From Thermoanaerobaculales bacterium (GTDB taxonomy: Bacteria; Acidobacteriota; Thermoanaerobaculia; Thermoanaerobaculales; Sulfomarinibacteraceae), in contig DAOPQC010000002.1 in the NCBI GenBank assembly GCA_035358815.1, positions 472,207 through 536,206 of the forward strand: 64,000 nucleotides of DNA. The letters are read 5' to 3'. Numbering within the stretch: position 1 is the first letter of the stretch; each line of letters starts with the position of its first letter. The position numbers and the translations under genes are program-made. Shown one piece after another: positions 37,685-46,267 of this stretch. The notes under the pieces are model-generated. The model worked only from the letters and a program-made list of their open reading frames with translations, was not told where the DNA came from and made no database searches.

Positions 37685-40600
37685 CTAGAAGTCGAGCTTG
37701 ACGCCGAGCCGGAAGATCTGCGGCATCACGATCGAGCCGACCTGGCCGTAGTCGGAGGCCGCGAAGCCGACCCGGTTCGGGGCGTCCTCGTTGAGGATGT
37801 TGAGGCCGTCCAGGGCGATGGTCAGGCCGCCGCCCCAGTCACCGAGGCCGAAGCGCTTCTGGAGGCTCAGGTCGAGGATCATCGTCGCCGGCATCCAGTC
37901 CGGATCCTCAGGATCGTCGGCGACCATGAAGTTGTGCCACCCGGTCCCCACCAGGACCGCGTTGGGGTCGTAGGCGCCCATCCACGACGCGTAGAAGGGG
38001 CCGTAGCTCTCGATCGGGAAGATCGCCCGGCCCGAGTCGTAGCGCAGCCGGACGCCGAGGTCGGTCTCGATCACCGGGATGGTGTAGCTGCCGGCGACCT
38101 TGGCCATGATCTCCGGGGTCATCAGGGCCGGCCCGCTGAGGTTGTTCTGGAAGTGGTTTGGCGAGCTGCCGAACGGCGTGTCCATGGTCAGCGGCCCGTC
38201 GATGTACCAGTTCTGGTCGACGACCCTCGGGTAGAAGCCATCGGTGTCGGTGTAGTTGATGGCGAAGCTGCCCTGCCAGCGGTTGGAGTAGCGCTTGTTC
38301 AGCACCAGCTGCAGGCCCTGGTAGGTGCGGTCGACGTCCTGACCGTTCCACTCCGACAGGTTGTTCGCCCGCCACCCGCGCGTGTCGTTGTTTGCCGGGT
38401 ACAGGGCGTCGGTGCCGTCGATCACCCCATCGTTGTTGAAGTCCTCGACGACAATCGACCAGACCTCGGTGTCGTAGCCGGTCCAGGTGGTGTAGGGCCT
38501 GGACTCCCACTGGAAGGCCTCGCCGGTCTCCAGGTTGTACGGCTCCAGGATCAGGAAGTCAGTGGTGAGCTTGTAGATGTAGCTGAGCTCGATGGCCACG
38601 TCCTTGCCGAGCTGGTGCTGGAGCGAGACGTTGAACTGGTCGGTGTAGGGGCTCGAGGTGCCGTCCGCCACCGTCAGCCGCCATGAGGCGTCAAGAGTCT
38701 GAGACTGTTGCAGGTAGGCCGGTTCCATGCCGTAGAGCTGGCCGGTCGCCCACACCACCTCGTTGGGGTCGATCCAGTTGTTGCCGTTCTGGTCGACGTC
38801 CTCGTACGGGAACCAGTAATAGTACGTGTCTTGCTGGTACGTGCCCATGTCCGGTCCCATGCGGCGCAAGGCCTCGACGCTGAGCGGCGCGTAGTAGCGC
38901 CCCGCGTGGGCACGCAGCACCGTCCGGTCGTCGCCGGTGATGTCCCAGGCGACGCCGATACGCGGCGACCAGGTGGTGAAGTCGTAAACGTCGTAGGCCG
39001 CGGTCGAGCGCATCTCGACCGGGTTGTCGGCGTCACTCGGGTTGTCGAAGTACTCGTAGATCTTGCCCTCGCCGTAGTCGGCCGTCATGTTGTCGTAGCG
39101 CAGCCCGAGGTTGAGGGTGACGCGATCGGAGACCACCCACTGGTCGTCGACGAAGAAGCCGAGCGAGTCCGACTCGCGCACGTTGAGCCACGGGTGGCGG
39201 GTGTACACGCGGTTGTAAAAGGCCACGGTGTCGTTGGGCGCGATGCACCAGGTGTAGTCGCAGGACCACCAGGCGTTGTTCATGTACTCGCGGGTGTAAC
39301 CCCAGCCGTAGGGGTAGGCGAAGTTGGCCTGGTTCTGGAAGTAGCCGCCATACCAGTCGCCGTTGGCCGTGGTGTACTGGGCGCCGAACTTGATCTCGTG
39401 GGAGCCCGCCCAGTCCTCGGCATAGTGGGTGAAGTCGGCCTGCAGGGTGTCGCGCTTCGACTTCTGGGCCTCGATGTAGGGGAAGTCACCGTTGGTGCCG
39501 ACCGCGCGGCCGCCGATCCACTTCCACCAGTTGATGTAGCCCGGGTGCCCGACGAGCGACGGGGTCGTGGGGCTCTGGTCGGTATCGAAGCCCAGGTACT
39601 TGAGGCCGAGCAGGTTGGTGTCCGAGATCACCCACTGGTAGTCGAACTGCCAGGTCGTGTTCTCGACCGGCGAGTCGTAGTACATGGTGGGGTCCCAGCC
39701 CGGGCTCCAGGTGACGTTGCCGCTGAAGTTGTCCTCGTAGTGCAGGCCGAGCCAGGCGCGGTGGTTGCCGCCGAACTCGCCGGTCAGCTTGAGGTCGTAG
39801 AGGTCCGACTCGTAGACCGCGAGCGGGATCCACAGCGGGGTGTCGGTCTCCGAGTCGCGGTGGCTGTAGCCGGCGTAGAACCACAGCTTGTCCTTGAGGA
39901 TCGGGCCGCCGAGAGTGGCGGTGGCCTCCCAGTTGCTGTCCGGCTGGGTGGTCAGGTCTTCCTCCGGGTCGGCCCACAGCCAGTCCTCACCGAAGAACAG
40001 GGTCGAGTTGTCCGCGGCGTCGCCGAGCTGGGTGTAGTAGGCGGCGCTGCCGTGGAAGTCGTTGCTGCCGGACTTGGTCAGCACGTCGACCGCGGCGCCG
40101 GAGAACGAGCCGTACTCGGCCTGCGAGCCGAGCGACAGGACCTTGACCTGCTCGACGGTGTCGTAGTTCACCTGGACCAGCGAGCCCCACGGGGCGCCGC
40201 GCGGGTTGGTGGTGTTGACGCCGTTGACGAGGAAGATGTTCTCGTTCGCCGCGCTGCCGTAGGCCGAGGGGCTGGGCAGCCACGACTCGTCGGAGCCCAC
40301 CGACGCCATGCCGGGGGCGGTCAGGGTCAGGTCGTAGAACGACTCACGGCCCGTGGGCAGGACGTCGAGCAGCTCGCCGCTGAAGGTCGTCGAGATGGTC
40401 GACGACCGGGTGTCCACGATCGGTGCCTCGGAGGTGACGATGATCTCGCCGGTCGAGGCTGCGATCGCAAGGTCGATTGTGAGAGCGATCGACGAGCCGG
40501 CGTTGACCACGACGTTCTCGACCTTGTTGGTGTTGAAGCCCGCCAGGCTGGTGGTCACCGTGTAGGCGCCCGTCGGCACGCTCAGGAAGGCGAACCTGCC

Positions 40601-40816
40601 GGTGTTGTCCGACACCATGGTCCGCTGACCGGTCACCAGGGCCGGGCCCTCGAGCACGACCGTCGCACCCGCGGTGGCGGTGCCGTCCGGCAGCAGGACC
40701 ACGCCGCTGACCGTTCCGGTCGTGACCGACTGCGCCCAGGCCATCGGCGCAATCATCACCAGGATCGCGCTCAACACGAGGTACACACGCGGTCTGTAGA
40801 TCATGCTTCGGTCCAT
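37685..40816 (-). CDS. Oar-type TonB-dependent outer-membrane receptor with an N-terminal carboxypeptidase-regulatory-like domain
   Basis: The start is set at ATG 40816 (MDRSMIYRPRVYLVLSAILVMIAPMAWAQ) after GGGAGGAG. It contains TGTVSGVVLLPDG...TVTTSLAGF (CarboxypepD_reg-like), a plug region and a long Tyr/Trp/Asp-rich barrel. The terminal residues are LGVKLDF. Confidence 0.85.
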   Translation of the reverse strand: MDRSMIYRPRVYLVLSAILVMIAPMAWAQSVTTGTVSGVVLLPDGTATAGATVVLEGPALVTGQRTMVSDNTGRFAFLSVPTGAYTVTTSLAGFNTNKVENVVVNAGSSIALTIDLAIAASTGEIIVTSEAPIVDTRSSTISTTFSGELLDVLPTGRESFYDLTLTAPGMASVGSDESWLPSPSAYGSAANENIFLVNGVNTTNPRGAPWGSLVQVNYDTVEQVKVLSLGSQAEYGSFSGAAVDVLTKSGSNDFHGSAAYYTQLGDAADNSTLFFGEDWLWADPEEDLTTQPDSNWEATATLGGPILKDKLWFYAGYSHRDSETDTPLWIPLAVYESDLYDLKLTGEFGGNHRAWLGLHYEDNFSGNVTWSPGWDPTMYYDSPVENTTWQFDYQWVISDTNLLGLKYLGFDTDQSPTTPSLVGHPGYINWWKWIGGRAVGTNGDFPYIEAQKSKRDTLQADFTHYAEDWAGSHEIKFGAQYTTANGDWYGGYFQNQANFAYPYGWGYTREYMNNAWWSCDYTWCIAPNDTVAFYNRVYTRHPWLNVRESDSLGFFVDDQWVVSDRVTLNLGLRYDNMTADYGEGKIYEYFDNPSDADNPVEMRSTAAYDVYDFTTWSPRIGVAWDITGDDRTVLRAHAGRYYAPLSVEALRRMGPDMGTYQQDTYYYWFPYEDVDQNGNNWIDPNEVVWATGQLYGMEPAYLQQSQTLDASWRLTVADGTSSPYTDQFNVSLQHQLGKDVAIELSYIYKLTTDFLILEPYNLETGEAFQWESRPYTTWTGYDTEVWSIVVEDFNNDGVIDGTDALYPANNDTRGWRANNLSEWNGQDVDRTYQGLQLVLNKRYSNRWQGSFAINYTDTDGFYPRVVDQNWYIDGPLTMDTPFGSSPNHFQNNLSGPALMTPEIMAKVAGSYTIPVIETDLGVRLRYDSGRAIFPIESYGPFYASWMGAYDPNAVLVGTGWHNFMVADDPEDPDWMPATMILDLSLQKRFGLGDWGGGLTIALDGLNILNEDAPNRVGFAASDYGQVGSIVMPQIFRLGVKLDF

Positions 40817-41123
40817 GGACTCCTCCCTTCCTTCCTCAGATCGGGGATGGTTGCTGGTGGTGCACCCCGGCACGACCGTGGGCGCGACCGGGAAAGGCCG
40901 ACAGGCCGGGCCCGGCGGCTCGGCTCAACCGTTGACTCCCATGTGAGCACTGACTGCGGAGCGGGCGACGGCGAGGGGAGGAGGCCGAGCAGGCCCGGAA
41001 CGCGGCTCCAGCGCGATGGCCACACCGAGCCTTTCCCGCTGACCCTCACCCCGGCGAGCTCGCCCATGACGACCGGCACCGCTCCCTCCCACCCGCACCG
41101 ACGGACGCGGCGGCGTTGCACCA

Positions 41124-41131
41124 GATTATAC
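41124..41131 (-). promoter_or_regulatory. extended -10 promoter candidate (TGTATAAT) for the receptor gene
   Basis: Minus strand reads TGTATAAT. The -35 is poor (CTTTCT). It would give a leader of about 300 nt before ATG 40816. Confidence 0.45.
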
Positions 41132-41379
41132 ACCGGTCTCCAGACGCAGAAAGCCCTGGTCGCCAAGCGGTTTCCGGGCCATGGCTGCGGCCCCGCGGCG
41201 TACCCGACCAGGGATCTTCACCACCTGTCCATGGGCTGGACAACCCGGCGAGGCGTGCCGGCCCCCCCGACCAGCGGCGGCCGCCCCGTCACTGTCGTTG
41301 AACACCCCGGATTTCGGACGCTATCATGGGGCCCGCGACGGGTCCGGTCGCGGGCCACGTCGGGTTGGGGGGGGTTGTC

Positions 41380-42648
41380 ATGCATCGACAGGGTCTCGTG
41401 CTGGCCGGCATCGGCGTGTTTCTCTTTCTCGCGCTGGCGGCGGGACACGCCGAGGCGCAGGCCGCGCGCGTGGTGGTCACGGTGAAGGACGCCGCCGGTC
41501 ACCCGATCGAGGGCGTGACGGTGACCGTGACTTGCGCCGCCAGGTCTGACTACCGCGAGCTGAGAACCACGAGCAAGAAGGGCACCGCCGCCGTAACCCA
41601 CATGGACTGGCTCGAGGCCTACACCTACCTGTTCGAGAAGGAAGGCTACGAGGCCCAGACCCGGGAGGTCCGGCCGGACTACACCGAGACCACCAAGCTG
41701 GAGGTCGTCCTGCCGGCCCGGGTGGCGGTCGCCGCCCCTGCCGCCGAGCCGGCCGCGCCGTCCGGCCGCGGCCGGGCGCTGGCCGCGTTTACCGAGGGCA
41801 CCGAAGCGCACCAGGCGGGGGACCTCGAGCTGGCGGAGAGGAAGTTCCGGCAGGCGGCGGAGCTCAGCCCGGACGCCGCCGAGCCCCACATCGCGCTGTC
41901 GGTGGTGGCCCACGAACGCGGAGACCTCGCCGGGGCGGCGACCGAGGCCGAGGCGGCGCTCAGGATCAGCCCGACCAACGCCCAGGCCCTGTTCCTGCGC
42001 TACGACGCCTACCGGCTGCAGGGCGACGCCGAGAGGACGGCCGCGGCGCTCGAGGCCCTGCGCCAGTCCGGCACCGCGCCGGCGGCGGCCCAGGAGGTCT
42101 TCCGCAAGGGGCTCGACGCACACCGCAGCGGCGACGCCGAGCTCGCGGTGGCGAAGTTCCGGCAGTCGATCGAGCTCGACCCGAGGCTCGCCAACGGCTA
42201 CGTCATGCTCGCGAGCATTGCCCTCAGGAAGGGCGACGTGGCGCAGGCCGCCGAGTTGGTCGGCAAGGCGCTCGAGATCGAGCCGGGCAACGCCAACGCG
42301 CTCAAGGTCCGCTACGACGCGCTGCGCCAGGCCGGCGACGAGGCCGGCGCCAAGCAGGCCCTGGACGCGCTGATCGCGGGCGACCCGGAGTGGGCTGCCA
42401 CCGAGCTCTACAACCACGCGGTCGAGCTCTACAACGCCGACGAGATGGCGAGCGCCGCCGACGCCTTCGAGCGGGTGATCGCGGCCAAGCCGGAGGACGC
42501 GCGGGCCCACTTCCTGCTCGGCATGGCCAAGTACAACATCGGCCAAACCGAGGATGCCAAGACCCACCTGACCAGGTTCCTGGAGCTCGCGCCAGACGAC
42601 CCCGACGCCGCGCTCGCGCGGGAGATGCTGCGCTACGGCTCGAAGTGA
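41380..42648 (+). CDS. secreted protein with an N-terminal carboxypeptidase-regulatory-like Ig domain plus TPR repeats
   Basis: The start is reset to ATG 41380 (MHRQGLVLAGIGVFLFLALAAGHAEAQ). It contains VVVTVKDAAGHPIEGVTVTV, then 7-8 TPR-like 34-mers. Confidence 0.8.
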   Translation: MHRQGLVLAGIGVFLFLALAAGHAEAQAARVVVTVKDAAGHPIEGVTVTVTCAARSDYRELRTTSKKGTAAVTHMDWLEAYTYLFEKEGYEAQTREVRPDYTETTKLEVVLPARVAVAAPAAEPAAPSGRGRALAAFTEGTEAHQAGDLELAERKFRQAAELSPDAAEPHIALSVVAHERGDLAGAATEAEAALRISPTNAQALFLRYDAYRLQGDAERTAAALEALRQSGTAPAAAQEVFRKGLDAHRSGDAELAVAKFRQSIELDPRLANGYVMLASIALRKGDVAQAAELVGKALEIEPGNANALKVRYDALRQAGDEAGAKQALDALIAGDPEWAATELYNHAVELYNADEMASAADAFERVIAAKPEDARAHFLLGMAKYNIGQTEDAKTHLTRFLELAPDDPDAALAREMLRYGSK

Positions 42649-42695
42649 TCCGAGCATCGGCTCGACGGTGCGATCTGCAAGCTGAGGAGGTGACC

Positions 42696-43787
42696 GTGAC
42701 CAGCACGATCCATCGCCGTTTCCTGAGTGTCCTCTTCGCCGCTTTCGCGCTGTCGGCTCCGCTCGTGGCCGGCGCCGCCGGAGGGGACGGAGTCGACTGG
42801 TGGAACGTACCCTACCCCGAGCCCTTCGACGCCTCGGGCATTCAGACAACGCTCGAGCGCATCCACGTCGAGGGCAACCGCTTCGTCGATCCGGCCGGCA
42901 ACCCGGTGGTGCTCTACGGGGTCAACATCTCCGACCCGGACAAGCTCGCCAAGCAGGGTCACTGGAGCAAGGCCCACTTCCAGGTGATCAAGGACTGGGG
43001 CGCCACCCTGGTCCGGGTCACGGTCCACCCGGTGGCCTGGAAGGAGCGCGGCAAGGACGAGTACTTCAAGCTGCTCGACCAGGCCGTGACCTGGGCCTCG
43101 GAGCTCGGCCTGTACCTCAACATCGAGTGGCACGGCATCGGCAACTTGCAGACCGAGGTCTTCCAGCACCCGATGCACTTCACGAGCCGGCAGGAAACCT
43201 ACAACTTCTGGCGGGACGTCTCCTTCCGCTATGCCGGCGTCCCGGCGGTCGCCTTTTACGAGCTGTTCAACGAGCCGACGACCTACCGCGAGCAGCTCGG
43301 GCGGATCAGCTGGGCCGAGTGGAAGGTCATCGTCGAGCAGATGATCACCATCATCCGCGCCCACGACCCCGAGGTGATCCCGCTGGTCGGCGGCTTCGAC
43401 TGGGCCTACGAGCTGAGGAGCGTCGGCGCCGACCCGATCGGGTTTGCGGGCATCGGCTACGTCACCCACCCCTACCCGATGAAGGCGGCCCAGCCCTGGG
43501 AGGAGAACTGGGAGAAGGACTGGGGCTACGTCGCCGACAAGTACCCGGTGATGGCGGCCGAGATCGGGTTCATGGCCGCAGGCGAGCCCGGCGCGCACAC
43601 CCCGGTGATCGCGGACGAGGACTATGGCCGGCGGATCACGGCCTACTTCGAAAAGAAGGGGATCTCGTGGACGGTCTGGTGCTTCGACGTGGACTGGGCG
43701 CCGCAGATGATCTCGGACTGGGACTACACCCCGACGAAGCAGGGCGCGTTCTTCAAGGCGTACATGTTGGAGAGGGCTTCACGCTGA
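42696..43787 (+). CDS. GH5 endoglucanase (cellulase-family), secreted
   Basis: GTG start at 42696, 6 nt after GAGGAG. It has a signal peptide. Motifs: YELFNEP (acid/base Glu) and MAAEIGF (nucleophile Glu). Confidence 0.85.
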   Translation: MTSTIHRRFLSVLFAAFALSAPLVAGAAGGDGVDWWNVPYPEPFDASGIQTTLERIHVEGNRFVDPAGNPVVLYGVNISDPDKLAKQGHWSKAHFQVIKDWGATLVRVTVHPVAWKERGKDEYFKLLDQAVTWASELGLYLNIEWHGIGNLQTEVFQHPMHFTSRQETYNFWRDVSFRYAGVPAVAFYELFNEPTTYREQLGRISWAEWKVIVEQMITIIRAHDPEVIPLVGGFDWAYELRSVGADPIGFAGIGYVTHPYPMKAAQPWEENWEKDWGYVADKYPVMAAEIGFMAAGEPGAHTPVIADEDYGRRITAYFEKKGISWTVWCFDVDWAPQMISDWDYTPTKQGAFFKAYMLERASR

Positions 43788-43792
43788 GCTTC

Positions 43793-43960
43793 GTTCCCGC
43801 CCCGCTCCCGTTCCCGCTCCCGTTCCCGGACGTGCGGTCACGCGCTGTGGGGCTGCGCCGCCTGCACTGCCTCGGACCAACGCCGCGCAGCGATGGAGCA
43901 GAGAGTGCCCACTTCAACGCCACATTCGGGAAGGGGTACGGGAACGGGTACGGGAACGGG
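43793..43960. repeat. intergenic element with a C-rich hexamer arm (43796-43827), a 100-nt core and a G-rich hexamer arm (43928-43960)
   Basis: The arms are imperfect inverted repeats ((C/T)TCCCG versus GGGAAC/GGGTAC). The core shares TCGGACCAACGCCG with the 272-bp tandem unit. The element fills the gap between two convergent GH5 genes. Confidence 0.8.
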
Positions 43961-43970
43961 CCGAGCTCCG

Positions 43971-45077
43971 CTAGGGCACCCACCTCCCCCCCGGCCTCCT
44001 GATCTCGGGTGACGCGCACCTCCCCGTGACCATCGAGTAGGGCCGCACCGCGGTGTTGGCGATGCTGTGCTCGTCGGTCACCGACGCCTCGAGCCCCCAG
44101 CCGAAGAGCGTGTCGTAGGTGCTGTCGCTGGTCATGTCGAGCCAGGTCTGGGGGTTGTTGCCGGGGCCCCACTCCCAGGGGAACATGCCGATGTCGTCAA
44201 GGTCGGTCTGCTCGAGGATGGTCAGGTAGGGAATCTCACCCGAGGGCGTCATGTCCCAGCGGTTGCCGAACTCGCCGACCATCAGCGGCAGCTCCAGCGC
44301 CACCGACTCGGCGAGCTCGTCGATCACCGTCTGCGCGGTGTAGCCCCACCTCCGCGGCCACCACATGTGGATCGAGAAGATGAGGTTGTGGTCCGGGTCG
44401 GCGGCGATCAGCGCCGGGCCTTCCGACTGCAGCACGTCGATGTTCTTGCCCCAGTCCGTGCCGTCGATGACCAGCGGCACGTGGATCCCGGCGGCGCGCA
44501 TCCGCCCCACCGCCTCCCGGTAGCCCTCGCGGAACTCGTCGTCGGTCACGCTCGCATCACCGACCTCGTTGCCGATGTTGATCAGCAGGTGGCGCCGGTG
44601 CCTGGCGACGACAGCGAGGACCTCGGACGAGGTCCACCAGTCGACCAGCGCGGGGAGCATCGACCAGTCGCCAATACCGTCGTGCAGCTCGATCAGCGGA
44701 ATCAGGCCTTCCTTGACGCAGTTGGTGATCGCCGTGTCGAGCTCCGCCGGGGTGCCGCTCATCAGCCAGACCATGCGCACCGAGTTGGCGCCGGTCTTCG
44801 CGATCTCGCGGCACGAGGGCACGCCGTCGATGTCCATCCAGATGATCATCTTGTTGATGCCGCGCAGCACGACCTTCTCGCCGCAGCGGTCGTAGAGGTG
44901 GCGGCCAACGACCCGGAAGCCGTCGCTCGTCGCTTCGGCTGCCTGCCCCACGCTGACAGCCGACGGCGCGGCCGCGACCGAGGCGGTCGATGCCGCCTCG
45001 GCGGTGAGCACCGAGAGAAGCAGCGCGACGACGAGGCCGGCGATGGCGCGCACCAGACCCTCCGACGACTCCAGCAT
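43971..45077 (-). CDS. GH5 (clan GH-A) endo-beta-mannanase-like, secreted
   Basis: 368 aa with an N-terminal hydrophobic signal. Motifs: INIGNEVG (acid/base Glu) and MVGEFG (nucleophile Glu). The start-codon choice is uncertain because the SD is weak. Confidence 0.8.
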   Translation of the reverse strand: MLESSEGLVRAIAGLVVALLLSVLTAEAASTASVAAAPSAVSVGQAAEATSDGFRVVGRHLYDRCGEKVVLRGINKMIIWMDIDGVPSCREIAKTGANSVRMVWLMSGTPAELDTAITNCVKEGLIPLIELHDGIGDWSMLPALVDWWTSSEVLAVVARHRRHLLINIGNEVGDASVTDDEFREGYREAVGRMRAAGIHVPLVIDGTDWGKNIDVLQSEGPALIAADPDHNLIFSIHMWWPRRWGYTAQTVIDELAESVALELPLMVGEFGNRWDMTPSGEIPYLTILEQTDLDDIGMFPWEWGPGNNPQTWLDMTSDSTYDTLFGWGLEASVTDEHSIANTAVRPYSMVTGRCASPEIRRPGGRWVP

Positions 45078-45121
45078 AGCCGTTCTCGTGCCGCCGGCCG
45101 CGTGCTACGTCGCGACGTGTC

Positions 45122-45193
45122 GGGCACGGGAACGGGGACGGGCACGGGAACGGGGACGGGCACGGGAACGGGGACGGGCACGGGAACGGGCAC
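45122..45193 (+). repeat. 18-mer G-tract array (GGGCAC GGGAAC GGGGAC) x4, giving 12 evenly spaced G3-4 runs
   Basis: Read directly from the sequence. It starts 45 nt upstream of the mannanase ATG (45077, minus strand), and its last 18 nt overlap the first 272-bp unit. Confidence 0.95.
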
Positions 45194-46128
45194 CCGCCCA
45201 CCCGCGAATGAACCGCTACGAGCGCCAAGAGCGCAAAGTCAACGAAACTCAAACCAAGACGACTGCTTCGCGCCCTTCGCGCCTTGGCGGTTCAAATGGC
45301 CAGCCAACATCCGCCGCGTCCTCCGCGTCCTCGGCGGTTCGATCTGTCCGCAATCGCTTCGGACCAACGCCGGCACCTCGCACGCGGAGCGCGTTCCGCG
45401 CCGCCGGCCGCGCCGCCGGTCGCCAACTCCCTCAGCCACCTCCTCTCGGGAACGGGAACGGCCACCCGCCCACCCGCGATTGAACCGCTGAGATCGCCAA
45501 GAGCGCAAAGTCAACGAAACTTAAACCAAGACGACTGCTTCGCGCCCTTCGCGCCTTGGCGGTTCAAATGGCCAGCCAACATCCGCCGCGTCCTCCGCGT
45601 CCTCGGCGGTTCGATCTGTCCGCAATCGCTTCGGACCAACGCCGGCACCTCGCACGCGGAGCGCGTTCCGCGCCGCCGGCCGCGCCGCCGGTCGCCAACT
45701 CCCTCAGCCACCTCCTCTCGGGAACGGGAACGGCCACCCGCCCACCCGCGATTGAACCGCTGAGATCGCCAAGAGCGCAAAGTCAACGAAACTTAAACCA
45801 AGACGACTGCTTCGCGCCCTTCGCGCCTTGGCGGTTCAAATGGCCAGCCAACATCCGCCGCGTCCTCCGCGTCCTCGGCGGTTCGATCTGTCCGCAATCG
45901 CTTCGGACCAACGCCGGCACCTCGCACGCGGAGCGCGTTCCGCGCCGCCGGCCACGTGTCCACTCGGACCCTTCCTCAGCCATCTCCTCTCGGGAACGGG
46001 AACGGGGACGGGAACGGGAACGGCCACCCGCCCACCCGCGATTGAACCGCTGAGAGCGCCAAGAGCGCAAAGTCAACGAAACTTAAACCAAGACGACCGC
46101 TTCGCGCCCTTCGCGCCTTGGCGGTTCA
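45176..46128. repeat. tandem array of 3.4 copies of a 272-bp structured unit
   Basis: Units begin at 45176, 45448, 45720 and 45992, a period of exactly 272 bp. Units 2 and 3 are identical for about 235 nt. Unit 4 has an expanded hexamer tract and is truncated at 46128. The ORF track shows the same 91-aa peptide three times. Confidence 0.95.
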
Positions 46129-46211
46129 GCCTCCGCGTTCGGACGCGGATCCGGCTTCGCCTACGGCTCTGCCGTGACGAGAACGGAAGTGGGCGCGGAA
46201 GCGGGTCGAAC

Positions 46212-46267
46212 ACCGCCTCACCGCCTCACTGCCTCACTGCCCCACTGCCTCACTGCCCCACTGCCTC
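46212..46267. repeat. octamer tandem repeat (CACYGCCY) x7
   Basis: Sequence reads CACCGCCT CACCGCCT CACTGCCT CACTGCCC CACTGCCT CACTGCCC CACTGCCT. It runs into the SDR stop codon (46266-46268). Confidence 0.9.

Noticed and set aside
40817-41123. A cobalamin or other riboswitch in the TonB-dependent receptor leader
   Set aside because: I found no B12-box (AGYCMGGAGACCKGCC-like) or other riboswitch core by eye. Only generic GC-rich stems are present. It is kept solely as a long-leader observation.
45470-45570. Integron attC sites or a CALIN (a cluster of attC sites lacking an integrase). The hairpin ends ATTGAAC...GTTCAAA resemble the R''/R' boxes RYYYAAC/GTTRRRY
   Set aside because: Each box deviates from the consensus at one position. 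There is no intI and there are no cassette ORFs. The supposed cassettes are identical copies. The similarity is probably coincidental, though an attC covariance-model search (IntegronFinder) would settle it.
45239-46076. Three near-identical 91-97-aa ORFs (minus strand) and overlapping 159-165-aa ORFs (plus strand) in the tandem repeat
   Set aside because: Each ORF equals one repeat period, from a TTG inside the hairpin loop to the next copy of the same site. They are Arg-rich and low-complexity, and several frames are open at once. I treat them as translation artefacts of the DNA repeat, not a protein family.
45176-46128. A possible CRISPR array
   Set aside because: The whole 272-bp period is repeated with no unique spacers between short repeats, the period is far too long, and no cas genes occur in the window.
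46212-46267. Phase-variable control of the SDR gene by the octamer repeat
   Set aside because: The repeat lies downstream of the stop codon, so copy-number changes would not shift the reading frame.
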